The notes under the pieces are model-generated. The model was not told the DNA's origin, searched no databases, and worked only from the letters and a program-made list of their open reading frames with translations. From an uncultured Eubacteriales bacterium (GTDB taxonomy: Bacteria > Bacillota > Clostridia > Oscillospirales > CAG-272): a stretch of 64,000 nucleotides of DNA. The translations under genes were made by a program, and so were the position numbers. The stretch is from positions 4,119-68,118 of the forward strand of contig CAKVOU010000006.1 in assembly GCA_934796165.1 (NCBI GenBank), read 5' to 3'. Position 1 is the stretch's first letter. Each line of letters starts with the position of its first letter. Positions 15,634 to 25,613 of the stretch are shown one piece after another.

Positions 15634-16815
15634 TTAACCCGTGATACCGGAACGCTCGATGCCCTCGACAAGGTATCTCTGCAAGAACAGATAAATCACC
15701 ACGAGGGGCGCAATGATCATCAGACCGCAGGTGTTCTTGATTGCCGACTGGTACTTGAGACCGTAACTCGTCCCGTTCAGGATCGAACGCGGCACACCGA
15801 CAATGTTCACAAGCAACTGAATCTTGGAGTTGCTCGTGAAGAAAATGTTGGTGTAGAAATTATCCGTCCACTGCCAGCAGAAGGAGAACAGGAACACGGT
15901 GATCATCATCGGAATGGAGATCGGCAGAATGATCTGAATGAAGGTCCGGAAGGTTCCCGCACCGTCGATATACGCGGATTCCTCAAGTTCATCCGGGATT
16001 CCGTTGAAGAACTGTCGGAGCAGGAAGATGTAAAGACCGTTCTTGAACGCCAGACCCGTCATGGAAAGGAGGATCAGCGGCGCGTAGGTGTTGGTCAGAT
16101 TCAGACCGCCGGCATCCCAGATCGAGGTATAGATGACAGAGCCGGTGACCGGGGAAACGGTATGCGGTGCGATATTGATCGCCTGCTTGACTCCCTCGTT
16201 GAAGTGATAGAGCGCACCGAGGAAGCCGGTCGCGTCTGCCTTGATGCCGTCGAGAATGGAGAAACCGCCGCCGCCGAGGAGCTGAAAGATACCGAGAATG
16301 TCAAAATGGCGGAAGTTATAGTACATCGAAAGCCGGAGCGTCTGGTGAGGGATGATCATGGTCAGCATCACCAGAAGGAACAGAATCTTGTTTCCCTTGA
16401 AGCGGAATTTTGCAAGACCGTAGCCGATCAGACAGCACACAAAGGTCTGAAAAACAGCGCAGGAGAAGGAAAGGATGAAGGTGTTCTTGAAAGCGTCAAA
16501 GTATCCGAGCTCCGAAATGATCTTCTGGTACTGCTCCAGCGTGAAGTTTTTGGGGATAAGACGTACCGTCGCATCAATGAAGTCCTGCCCTGCCATAAAG
16601 GAAGCGCAGATCTTCGCAATGAACGGATACAGCACCACATAGGAAATACCGATCAGAAGAAGCAGCCGGAAGATGTAAACGATCACCTTGGTCAGGAAAG
16701 CAACATTCAGGAACCTTGCTTTCAGGCGATCCTTGAGAGGAGTCCGCTCGAAATCCACGCGGATCCGGTTTTTGGATTCCCGCAGAACCTTCGGTTGTGT
16801 ATTCTGTGCGTTCAT
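15634..16815 (-). CDS. Carbohydrate ABC transporter permease (MalG-like) with a ~100-aa extra loop
   Basis: EAA-loop motif ESAYIDGAGTFRTFIQIILP. At 393 aa it is longer than my recollection of about 280 aa for this family. Confidence 0.85.
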   Translation of the reverse strand: MNAQNTQPKVLRESKNRIRVDFERTPLKDRLKARFLNVAFLTKVIVYIFRLLLLIGISYVVLYPFIAKICASFMAGQDFIDATVRLIPKNFTLEQYQKIISELGYFDAFKNTFILSFSCAVFQTFVCCLIGYGLAKFRFKGNKILFLLVMLTMIIPHQTLRLSMYYNFRHFDILGIFQLLGGGGFSILDGIKADATGFLGALYHFNEGVKQAINIAPHTVSPVTGSVIYTSIWDAGGLNLTNTYAPLILLSMTGLAFKNGLYIFLLRQFFNGIPDELEESAYIDGAGTFRTFIQIILPISIPMMITVFLFSFCWQWTDNFYTNIFFTSNSKIQLLVNIVGVPRSILNGTSYGLKYQSAIKNTCGLMIIAPLVVIYLFLQRYLVEGIERSGITG

Positions 16816-16831
16816 ACTGACTCCTCCTCTC

Positions 16832-17806
16832 TCAGCGTTCCCGCCGCTGGTAGAACACGCGGGCGGAAAGGATCGCGGCGATTACTCCGACGATCAGAAT
16901 AACGATCAGGAAGTAAATCCAAGCCATCGCGGAACTCTGGACCGCGCTCTTGCTGTTATGCTCGTTGATATACGCCATCACGCTGTTGGTCTGTGAGGTA
17001 AACGAGTCGATAATGGTATATACCCCGTTGACAAGAATCATCGGACTGATCATCGGGAAGGTGATCTTCCAGAAGGTTTCCCAGCCGGTCGCACCGTCGA
17101 TCTTACAGGATTCGTAGATCGCGGGAGAGATCGCCTGAAGCCCGGCAAGGAAGATCAGCATCTGAACGCCCGCCTTGTTCACGATGTCATAAATATTATT
17201 GACGATACTTACGACATAGGTGGCAAGCTGGCTGCCGATCTTCATGTTGCTGAACAGCCGTTCGAGGTCCATCACATTGACAATGCTGTTTGCCGCATCC
17301 GCGCCGGTATCGACACCCGACTGCGTGGAGCCGGTCACCATATCCGAAGCGTTGATCGACTCCATGATACCGGTTGAAATGACGACCGGGATGAAGAAGA
17401 TCGCACGGAACGCAGCGCGTCCCGCCATCTTCTGGTTCAGGAGCACTGCCATGAAGAGGGCGAAAATGACGATTGCGGGGATCTGAAGAACCAGTTCAAA
17501 AAGTCCTTTTGCAAGGGTCTCCTTGAAATCGGCATTCTCCATCAGTACGTAGCGGTAGTTTTCCCAGCCGATGAATTCATACACCGTACCGGAGGAAGTA
17601 CTGGTTTCGGCACAGAAGCTGAGCGAAATGGAGTTGTAGATCAGAGGAAGATAGATGACGATCAGACCGATCACAAACGGCAGGACGAAAAGCCATCCGA
17701 CGCGTGCCTTTTTGCGGTCGAGCGATGCAACCTTCTTTTTCTTCTTGTTCTTCACAGGACTTGCGGGACTTGTCATGGGGTTGTTTACGTGTTCGCCTTT
17801 TGTCAT
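16832..17806 (-). CDS. Sugar ABC transporter permease (MalF-like)
   Basis: EAA-like motif ESCKIDGATGWETFWKITFP, 6 TM helices, and a basic KKKKK N-terminal tail. Confidence 0.85.
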   Translation of the reverse strand: MTKGEHVNNPMTSPASPVKNKKKKKVASLDRKKARVGWLFVLPFVIGLIVIYLPLIYNSISLSFCAETSTSSGTVYEFIGWENYRYVLMENADFKETLAKGLFELVLQIPAIVIFALFMAVLLNQKMAGRAAFRAIFFIPVVISTGIMESINASDMVTGSTQSGVDTGADAANSIVNVMDLERLFSNMKIGSQLATYVVSIVNNIYDIVNKAGVQMLIFLAGLQAISPAIYESCKIDGATGWETFWKITFPMISPMILVNGVYTIIDSFTSQTNSVMAYINEHNSKSAVQSSAMAWIYFLIVILIVGVIAAILSARVFYQRRER

Positions 17807-17818
17807 GTCCGCACCTCC

Positions 17819-20800
17819 TTAATCCATTTTGATCACGACATAGCCCTGTCCGGGGATGGAGTATGTCACGCCGTTGTATTCCACCTTGACGGTGAAATTG
17901 TTGTAGTTGAGAATGAAGACCTTGTACGCGGTGATGCTGTTTCCGTTTCTTTCGCCGTAGGTAACCGCCACAATGTTGCCGTTATCGCAGATCAGCGACT
18001 CATCCGTCGTATCCTCCGTGTTCTGATCCGGAGTTTCGGCACCGGAACCGGTATCCTCATTTTCCTCCGTCGGAATGATTGCGCCGGAGCGGATCTCCTC
18101 TTCCGTAAAGTACGGAGAAACTGCTTCAATGGTCCGGTCATACGCAAACTTTGCGAGTGCGCGGAAGCCGGTCCCCTCAAAGGCGGTTCCGGAGTAATCC
18201 TCACCGGAAGCCAGCTTATCGGAGAACGCCCTGACCTTGCCGAGGCTGTCGTTCAGGTCGTTCAGCACGCTGGGCAGGATCTCTTGTCCCGCGGTGACGC
18301 GGTCAAACAGCTCCTGGTCCTTCTTCGTGAAGTTATCCACCTTGTTGCAAGCCGTGATCAGACGGTAATAGGTCGTAACCATACGCGTTGCGTCACGCTT
18401 GACGGTTGAACGGTTCCGGTCGCTCGGCGCCTGCTTGAGCTTTTCCAGATCCTCTTGGAACGTTGCAAAATAGGTTTCCAGCTGACCGAGGATCGTCTGG
18501 GCGACCGAATACTGCGTGGCAGCCTGGTCAACCGAGGTACGGAGATATTCCATAGCCTGTGCCAGCGTCCGGATCGACTCGTATTCCTTGTTATAGGAAG
18601 CGTTCTTTTCCGCTTCTGCTGCTGCCGCAAGCTCCTTTTTGATCAGAGCGCTGATCTCGCTTGCATCCAGCACACGGATACCGGTCAGGATCTCGTGATT
18701 GACGATCTGCTTGAGCTGCACATCGGAGAGAGCCTCATTCAGTTCCTTGTAAATGCTGATGAGGTCATCCTTCCAGATATCGTAGCGGACCGAGTAATAC
18801 TGGCTGTAATATTCGTCCTCCTTGAGCAGGTCGGTGTTCTGGTAGGAAAGCGTGAAGTAAGGCGACGCGCCGTTCTCGATCGACTTGAGCACCGCGTAAT
18901 CCGTATTGCCTTCCATGTTCATCGCCGTGCCGGCATACTGTACGTAGCCGTGCAGGACGATTCCCATAAACGGAACCGACGCGGAGGCGGACGTAAAGCG
19001 GCTGGAATCCAGTGCCATGTTCAGGATATGATCCGCATATTTCCAGACGTAGGAGTTTGCCGCGTCGGTCATAACGGAATAACCCTTGTCAATGGACAGA
19101 TACCGGAAAGCCTCCACCGTATACGCCTTGTTGTCCTCGCGGTTGTAAGGTTCGTCCTCATCAAAATCGGAATTCAGGGTATAACCGAGCGAGGCGATGG
19201 AGAGGGACTTGATGTTGTAGTCATCATATTTATCAGTCAGTTTTTCATAGAAGTGGCTGAAGTAAGCAGGAGAGAGCGCATACTGGAAGTAGCTCGTGTA
19301 CTTCTGCTTGGTCGCGTTGTAATACCTCTTGGAGGAATACCGGTTGTCGATGGTACGCACCGCGTGCTTTTTCATGGAAGTCGCGTCGGTCGCGGTGTTT
19401 TTGTTGATGTATGCGAAGTCGAAATCCGGATAGATACCGAGATTGCCGCCGGATTCCTTCACTTTCTCTGCATACGCAACCAGCTCCCGGAAGCCCTTCT
19501 TACCACCGACCGCGCTTTCCCACTTGAGTGCCGCGGGCACCGTATACCAAAGACCGCCGTTGGCAAAGCCGGTAAGGCGGAAATTGACATTGGTGATACC
19601 CGCCTCGGAAAGGTCACGGTACATCTGTGCGACATTCTCGAAGGTCGTCAGCGCCTTGTGGACCGTTACGGGAACGGAAAGGAACTGCTCGGTTGCCTCG
19701 ATCGTACCGAAGGATTCGATATAAAGCGGAATATGCGAGCCGTCCACGTCCTCTTCGGTCAGACGGGCAAGAGCCTCATTCCGGATCAGGTAATCGCGAT
19801 ACGCCTGCGCCATGCCGATGTAAGTCGGCTCATAGTAGACAGACACGCCAGCCGCCTCGGCAAGTGCCGGATCGGAAAGCATGACATACCGGAGCGTGAA
19901 GTTGCCGGTAAACTTCCGGTCGGAGACCACTGTCCAGGTGGACTTTGTCGTGTCGTCGTCCTTCGCGGAAATAGAGTCGGTCAATTCGTAGGTATCCTTG
20001 GGGCGCGGGTTAAAGTACGCACGTGCGCAGTTGTAATTGCTCTGCGTACCGGGGCGGAAGATCTCAATCGACGCGAGCGACTCCCCATCCTCCACGATCG
20101 CGAAGAAACCGCTCTTGCAGGTGGTCGTCTTGATCTCGCTGGTCAGAGTGATACGCTGGAGCGGGTCGTTGATCTCTGCCATGATCTCTTCCAGCGTCTT
20201 CTGGGTACGGGAGACCGTGAAATTATCATATGTTTCCGTGCGGATCTCATCCTTATTGATAAAGGTCTGTTCGTAGGAATAGGTGTAGTATTCCCGCTCC
20301 TCCACCAGTCCGAATACCGCGCCGGTCACCGACTGCTGATACTTACCGGTGGAAATGTCATGGTAGGCGAAATCCTTGCCATAGACCTGTCCGCGGATGG
20401 TCGTCGTGGACGGCGTGCCGGGCGTATCGAAATCAAAGAGCGCACCGGCGCCATCCGGGTAGAAGATGTAACCCGTGTTGACGGAGTTTCCGGCTCCCAT
20501 GTACGGAAGCACGGCGATGTTTTCCAGCGTATACTTGCCGGAGTTGTAGCGCAGACCGTTTGCGGGGAGCGTTACGGAAAGTCCGTTCTGATCCAGCGTG
20601 TATTCCAGAGCCATTTTGAAGACGGGGGATTCCGTCCTCGTTTCCTCGTACATACACTCTGCGTGGTCTGCCTCCATCTGCTCGAAGGTATAGTTGGGGC
20701 AGTACGCCTTGATCTGGGACTCGACCCAGTTGATCTCGCCCTCCGAGGCGTTATCCGCAAAGACATAGAATTCAAAATCCCGGTTGTTCTGCAGGACCTT

Positions 20801-21484
20801 GTAGGTCTGCAGAAGCGCCTTGCGTTCCGCTTCGGAGGTTGCTCTTGCGTAGCTTCTCAGGTCGTACATCGACTCAAAGCGGAGCGCGTCCTTCTGACCC
20901 TGCTTGGAATCGCCGAGTCCTTCCTTGACCAGATTCAGGATCAGAGTCTCGAAATTCTTCTTGGAGATCATGCGGGGGACCAGTTTTCTCGTGGATTCCT
21001 GTCCGATGACATATTCCACACGGACACCGTTTTTGATGTTTTTGACATTGACCTGATCCCGGAGCGTTGCGTCCTCAAAGCTGTACATATACTTGGAGAT
21101 GTTGTCAGTCGCGCTGTTCTCCTTATACTGCACAATGATCTGGGACATCAGCTGGGACTTGGTATCCTTGGAGCCCTTGGAGGCGGAAATGTCGTAGGGG
21201 TTGGAGAAAATGGTCTCGCCGGTCGTTTTCTGATACAGTGCCACCTCTCCGGTCGTATCGTTGACATAGAGGCGGTACTCATCGGATTCGATGTAGGGGG
21301 TCATCACCGCCAGCTTATCCGACGGGGCGTTGAATTTGTAATTATAGTAATTGTTGCTGTAATCAATCCGGACATCGGTACTGCCCGTCTCGGCGGAGGC
21401 GCCGACGGTAAATAAACCGCCGAACCCGCCGACCGCGCAGACGACCGCAAGAAGAACGGAAATGATACGATATGTTTTTTTCAT
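17819..21484 (-). CDS. Large secreted protein of unknown function (possibly DUF5696-type; putative glycan-active TIM-barrel-like core plus a coiled-coil region)
   Basis: 1221 aa. Sec signal MKKTYRIISVLLAVVCAVGGFGGLFTVGASA|E. Ordinary globular composition, unlike the Arg/Gly-rich antisense ORF. The family name is recalled from co-occurrence with Yip1 and giant-SBP genes and was not verified. Confidence 0.6.
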   Translation of the reverse strand: MKKTYRIISVLLAVVCAVGGFGGLFTVGASAETGSTDVRIDYSNNYYNYKFNAPSDKLAVMTPYIESDEYRLYVNDTTGEVALYQKTTGETIFSNPYDISASKGSKDTKSQLMSQIIVQYKENSATDNISKYMYSFEDATLRDQVNVKNIKNGVRVEYVIGQESTRKLVPRMISKKNFETLILNLVKEGLGDSKQGQKDALRFESMYDLRSYARATSEAERKALLQTYKVLQNNRDFEFYVFADNASEGEINWVESQIKAYCPNYTFEQMEADHAECMYEETRTESPVFKMALEYTLDQNGLSVTLPANGLRYNSGKYTLENIAVLPYMGAGNSVNTGYIFYPDGAGALFDFDTPGTPSTTTIRGQVYGKDFAYHDISTGKYQQSVTGAVFGLVEEREYYTYSYEQTFINKDEIRTETYDNFTVSRTQKTLEEIMAEINDPLQRITLTSEIKTTTCKSGFFAIVEDGESLASIEIFRPGTQSNYNCARAYFNPRPKDTYELTDSISAKDDDTTKSTWTVVSDRKFTGNFTLRYVMLSDPALAEAAGVSVYYEPTYIGMAQAYRDYLIRNEALARLTEEDVDGSHIPLYIESFGTIEATEQFLSVPVTVHKALTTFENVAQMYRDLSEAGITNVNFRLTGFANGGLWYTVPAALKWESAVGGKKGFRELVAYAEKVKESGGNLGIYPDFDFAYINKNTATDATSMKKHAVRTIDNRYSSKRYYNATKQKYTSYFQYALSPAYFSHFYEKLTDKYDDYNIKSLSIASLGYTLNSDFDEDEPYNREDNKAYTVEAFRYLSIDKGYSVMTDAANSYVWKYADHILNMALDSSRFTSASASVPFMGIVLHGYVQYAGTAMNMEGNTDYAVLKSIENGASPYFTLSYQNTDLLKEDEYYSQYYSVRYDIWKDDLISIYKELNEALSDVQLKQIVNHEILTGIRVLDASEISALIKKELAAAAEAEKNASYNKEYESIRTLAQAMEYLRTSVDQAATQYSVAQTILGQLETYFATFQEDLEKLKQAPSDRNRSTVKRDATRMVTTYYRLITACNKVDNFTKKDQELFDRVTAGQEILPSVLNDLNDSLGKVRAFSDKLASGEDYSGTAFEGTGFRALAKFAYDRTIEAVSPYFTEEEIRSGAIIPTEENEDTGSGAETPDQNTEDTTDESLICDNGNIVAVTYGERNGNSITAYKVFILNYNNFTVKVEYNGVTYSIPGQGYVVIKMD

Positions 21485-21506
21485 CTCTGTGATCTCCTTT
21501 CGGTAC

Positions 21507-23699
21507 TTAAGACCGGAATTGAATTTCCGTTACGATATTCGCGACAAGACTGATCAGCTTTCCGATCAGTGTTACAAACAGGATCGCAAGGAACATGATG
21601 CAGATCATGCCGACGATCGTTGCGAGCACCGTAACAAAGTTTTTCCCGATGGAATAATCGTGCGTCACCATGGTTCCGAGGAACAGAAGGATTCCCAGCC
21701 AGATAAACGCGATGACGGTAAACATCGAAATCAGGGACGCTTCCGTCGCAGTCACGAAGTTGGACAGTATCGTCGCGGGAATGATCAGGATCGGAATGGG
21801 GAGCAACGAATACGAGGAAGCGATGAAAATATCCTTCAGGCTGCCCTCGCCGTCAAACAGGGTGGTCAGGCACCAGTTCGAGACAATGAACAGTGCAAGC
21901 GGGATCAGAACGGACAGAGCCTGTGTGAAGAGCGAAGAAAACTCTCTCGTCGGATTCATGACATAACCGACGCCGACCGCCTGATAGAAGAAGGTCAGAA
22001 TGGCGACGCCGACGAACACGAGGGACGCACGCACCGAGCCGCGGTGCTCATGCTTGAGGTCATAGAAGCCGTCGAAGGGGTGGAAGATGACGTAGAATCC
22101 GTAGAGCAGTTCCTGCCCGAAGGTCTTACGCGCCTTCCCGTCCACCGTTGCCGCCTTGTTGACCTTTTTGGCAAATTTGAGGAACTTACCCCAGGCAACG
22201 AATACGAGCACCAGGATCGCCACAAAGATCAATACGTACTTGGACATCCAGTCCCGACGGACCTCCGACCAGGACAGCGACCAGTTTTTCGTATCATATG
22301 CGGCTTCGTAATAATCAAGGGATTCCTTGTATCTGCCGTCGCGGTAAAGCGCATTGCCGATACCGACGTACGCCGCGTCGTAGTTGGAGTTTCTCTGGAG
22401 CACGCCCTTCCAGCTTTCCACCGCAAGGTCATATTCCATGTGGTTTTCGGCGTTGAGCGCCTTGATGATCAGTTCTCCGTACTCCGTCCGGTCATAGACC
22501 GTGATGCTGTTGGTATTACCGCCGTCAAGCAGGAGCAGGGAGTTGCCCTGATACGCAACGGCAACGATGTTGCCGATACCGCCGAGCAGTGCGCTGTTAT
22601 CGCCGAACGCGAACAGCAGGTTGCCGTTGTAATCGTAAGTGTAAGTACGGTTCCGCTTGGAATCGATGGTCGTCCAGGTTCTTTCCGGTCCGACCGCAAC
22701 GTCGATCAGCTTGGAAATACCGACCCGCTCGTTCTGGTCGAGGGAATCCACGTCCACCTCGCCTGCCGGCGGCCAGAAGCCGTTTCGTTTCATGATTTCG
22801 GTGCCCTTGGAGTTGAGCAGCTTCACGGGGGAGTACACACCGGTCAGGGAGCCGGAGGTAATTCCCTCCCCGATCTTGGTTTCCAGATCAGACCCGCTCT
22901 TGACATCGACGACGGCGTAAATAAAGCCTTCCTCGGTGATGGAGACGTTCCGGTACTCCGTAGAGACCTTGTCGTCGGTATTCTCTCTCTGTGCGGTCGT
23001 CTGGAACCGGCGCGTCAGGATCTCCCAGGCAGACATGGTCGTTGCCTGTGCACCGATAAAGCCGGTAAAATTCCCGTCCTCGGTCATCATGATGATGCCC
23101 TCGCTGGTCGAGCTTGACACAACATACACGCGGTTGTATTTATCCACCGCGATGGCAACCGGGGTATACTTGGCATCATCCTGGAAGAGCTGGCTCTCGG
23201 GCTTCCAGAGCTGCTTGACGAAATTGCCTTCGCGGTCAAAGACGACCACGCGCTGGTTCTCCGTATCGCAGACCCAGATGTACTTCGAGGACACGAACAA
23301 GCCCTGCGGACGGTTGAACCGGTCAACAATCCCCTGGTCGTTGATGAATTCCCGGATGATGAAGCGAACCTTGAGGTACGGATCCAGTGCAACCACACAG
23401 CCTTCGTTCGATTGGCTGCCGCGCGTCACGATATAGACATTCTTCTCATCGTCCACGACCATATCGGCGGGACTGGAGAGCTGACTGTTCCAGGTCGGAT
23501 CCGACACATCAAGCCCCATATACGAGTAATCGGCGCTGAGTGTTGCGGTGTACGCGTCAGGAGAAGGCAGCATTTCGCCGGAGATGGAGTAGGTATAAGT
23601 CTGATATGCCGATACCGCACCGGCAGGAATGGCAAGCACAAACAGGAGGATAAACGCAATGCAGACAACGGAAATCAGTTTTCTTTGACTCATTTTCAT
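21507..23699 (-). CDS. Membrane protein: N-terminal signal/anchor, beta-propeller-like repeats (NHL-like), a TPR segment and a C-terminal Yip1-family 5-TM domain
   Basis: 730 aa. Repeated blade-like motifs VYIVTRGS..., IWVCDTENQRVVVFDREGNF and RVYVVSSSTSEGIIMMTEDGNF. TPR-like NYDAAYVGIGNALYRDGRYKESLDYYEAAYD. The C-terminal ~230 aa carry 5 TM helices. Confidence 0.7.
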   Translation of the reverse strand: MKMSQRKLISVVCIAFILLFVLAIPAGAVSAYQTYTYSISGEMLPSPDAYTATLSADYSYMGLDVSDPTWNSQLSSPADMVVDDEKNVYIVTRGSQSNEGCVVALDPYLKVRFIIREFINDQGIVDRFNRPQGLFVSSKYIWVCDTENQRVVVFDREGNFVKQLWKPESQLFQDDAKYTPVAIAVDKYNRVYVVSSSTSEGIIMMTEDGNFTGFIGAQATTMSAWEILTRRFQTTAQRENTDDKVSTEYRNVSITEEGFIYAVVDVKSGSDLETKIGEGITSGSLTGVYSPVKLLNSKGTEIMKRNGFWPPAGEVDVDSLDQNERVGISKLIDVAVGPERTWTTIDSKRNRTYTYDYNGNLLFAFGDNSALLGGIGNIVAVAYQGNSLLLLDGGNTNSITVYDRTEYGELIIKALNAENHMEYDLAVESWKGVLQRNSNYDAAYVGIGNALYRDGRYKESLDYYEAAYDTKNWSLSWSEVRRDWMSKYVLIFVAILVLVFVAWGKFLKFAKKVNKAATVDGKARKTFGQELLYGFYVIFHPFDGFYDLKHEHRGSVRASLVFVGVAILTFFYQAVGVGYVMNPTREFSSLFTQALSVLIPLALFIVSNWCLTTLFDGEGSLKDIFIASSYSLLPIPILIIPATILSNFVTATEASLISMFTVIAFIWLGILLFLGTMVTHDYSIGKNFVTVLATIVGMICIMFLAILFVTLIGKLISLVANIVTEIQFRS

Positions 23700-23709
23700 T
23701 GTTTCCTCC

Positions 23710-24594
23710 TTAATCCTTCATACCGCTGGAACCCATGGTCTCGATGATACTGGACTGCGTGATGACAAAGATGAGAATCGGGACCAGCATCATAACGACC
23801 GTAGCCGCAGCACTCGCACCGGAACGCTTGATACCGCCGGCGGTGATCTGCTGGATCGCGTAGTTGAAGGACTTGTATTGTTCGGAATAGACGTAAGTAG
23901 ACGAGCCTGCATTCCAGAGCGACTGGAAGCAGTACACGATCAGCGTCAGCCAGCCGGGCTTGACCATCGGCATGGCGATGACCCAGAAGGTGCGGAGCTC
24001 GCTCGCGCCGTCAAGACGCGCGGATTCCAGCACCGAGTCGGTGATGGAGGAATCCATGAAGTTCTTCATCAGGTAAAGACCGAGCGTCGAGCCCCACGCG
24101 GGAACAATGACAGCCCAGTAGGAGTCGATCAGATGGAGATTCTTCATGATGATAAAGCTCATGGTCGTGGTAACGGTCGAGTTGAACATCAGGGACAGCT
24201 CGATGGTCTTGAACACGAATCTTCTGCCGGGGAACTTGATCTTTGCCAGCGCGTACGCACAGACCGACGCGATGAACAGATGTCCGAACACGCCGACGAA
24301 GGTGGTAAACGCCGTATTGAAGATGTACCGGGAGAACGGCACCCACGACTGATTGAGCAGGGTAAACAGGTCCGTGAAGTTATCGGGGGTAGGATGCACC
24401 ACGTAGAATTTCGGAGGATAACGGAAGAGTTCGTCCAGCGGCTTGAGCGATTGCATGATCGTATAGAGCATCGGGATGAACATGAACGCGCCGAGGATGA
24501 CGAGCAGGACCGTGATGAAAGCGTCTCCTCCGTAGGAACGTGACAGGACGACCTTGTGATTTCTGGTTCTCAGTTTTTTCGCCATGTCACTCAC
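23710..24594 (-). CDS. Carbohydrate ABC transporter permease (MalG-like)
   Basis: 294 aa. EAA motif ESARLDGASELRTFWVIAMP. 8-nt overlap with the upstream permease gene. Confidence 0.9.
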   Translation of the reverse strand: MSDMAKKLRTRNHKVVLSRSYGGDAFITVLLVILGAFMFIPMLYTIMQSLKPLDELFRYPPKFYVVHPTPDNFTDLFTLLNQSWVPFSRYIFNTAFTTFVGVFGHLFIASVCAYALAKIKFPGRRFVFKTIELSLMFNSTVTTTMSFIIMKNLHLIDSYWAVIVPAWGSTLGLYLMKNFMDSSITDSVLESARLDGASELRTFWVIAMPMVKPGWLTLIVYCFQSLWNAGSSTYVYSEQYKSFNYAIQQITAGGIKRSGASAAATVVMMLVPILIFVITQSSIIETMGSSGMKD

Positions 24595-25531
24595 CTACCT
24601 TTGCAAGAAGTTTGTTGACCAAGAAGTTGGAGAACAGCATGACGGCAAACAGCACCACGGCAATTGCCGAGGCATAACCGATCTCGTAGCGGTTGTTTGC
24701 ATAGTCGTCCAGGTGGTGCATGATCGTGTGACCGGCGTAATCGGTCGAAGGCATACCGCAAAGCGCGGTAACGACCGCACCGAAGCCGAAGGAGCCGGTA
24801 ATGGACATGATCGCGCCGAACATCAGCTGTCCCTTCATGTTGGGAAGCGTGATGTGCCAAAGCTCCTGCCAGCGGTTGCGGATACCGTCCACGGCGCCCG
24901 CCTCGTACTGCGCCTTGTCAATTCCCTGCAGACCTGCAATGAACGACAGAAACGAAACGCCAAGCGATGTCCACAGTGCGACGACGATACAAAGCGGCAT
25001 GATATACGATGCGTTCTGGAACCAGGCGATCGGGGCATCAATAATCCGCAGACTCATAAGCGACGAGTTGACCCAGCCGTAGGAGTCGGAGGAGAACAGG
25101 GTTGCCCAGATCATATACGCGGAGCCGGAAATGGACGGCGCGTAGAAGATCAGGGTGACGATTGCGCGGAGCTTCGGGGACAGCTCATTGATGAACCATG
25201 CCACGATGAGGGACAATAAGTAGGAGATCGGTCCGACGACGCCCGCAAAGATCAGGGTGTTCTTGCAGGCGATCAGAAAAATGTCGTCCTTGAAGAACAG
25301 GTTGAGGTAGTTTTCAAACCAGACGAAATCCGGCGTCTCCAGCATATTGAAGTTGGTAAAGCTGAAGTAGATGGAGAACACGACCGGAACCACCGTAAAC
25401 AGGGCGAAGATCGCACAATAAGGCAGGATCATGAGATACGCGACCCAGTTCCTTTTGACTTCCTTCCACGTCCATGCGGCGCGGCTCATTTCGTTTCTCT
25501 GGACAGCTTTCTTTTTCTGAATCTTTTCCAT
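24587..25531 (-). CDS. Sugar ABC transporter permease (MalF-like)
   Basis: 314 aa. EAA motif EAGAVDGIRNRWQELWHITLP. 6 TM helices. Confidence 0.9.
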   Translation of the reverse strand: MEKIQKKKAVQRNEMSRAAWTWKEVKRNWVAYLMILPYCAIFALFTVVPVVFSIYFSFTNFNMLETPDFVWFENYLNLFFKDDIFLIACKNTLIFAGVVGPISYLLSLIVAWFINELSPKLRAIVTLIFYAPSISGSAYMIWATLFSSDSYGWVNSSLMSLRIIDAPIAWFQNASYIMPLCIVVALWTSLGVSFLSFIAGLQGIDKAQYEAGAVDGIRNRWQELWHITLPNMKGQLMFGAIMSITGSFGFGAVVTALCGMPSTDYAGHTIMHHLDDYANNRYEIGYASAIAVVLFAVMLFSNFLVNKLLAKVGE

Positions 25532-25613
25532 ATCAGGTCAGTCACCTGTCCTTTCTGCCGCGTGGCGAGTGAAAGCAATTGCTGCTGTCAGATTGTTCAC
25601 TGTCTCAGCCTCC

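Noticed and set aside
18455-21415. 986-aa plus-strand ORF; the same phenomenon occurs at 25569-28862 (1097 aa), 10256-11920 (554 aa) and 21462-23117 (551 aa)
   Set aside because: All are antisense to genes with signal peptides, ABC or PLP motifs. They are Arg/Gly/Val-rich with no start context. I treat them as non-coding shadow frames.
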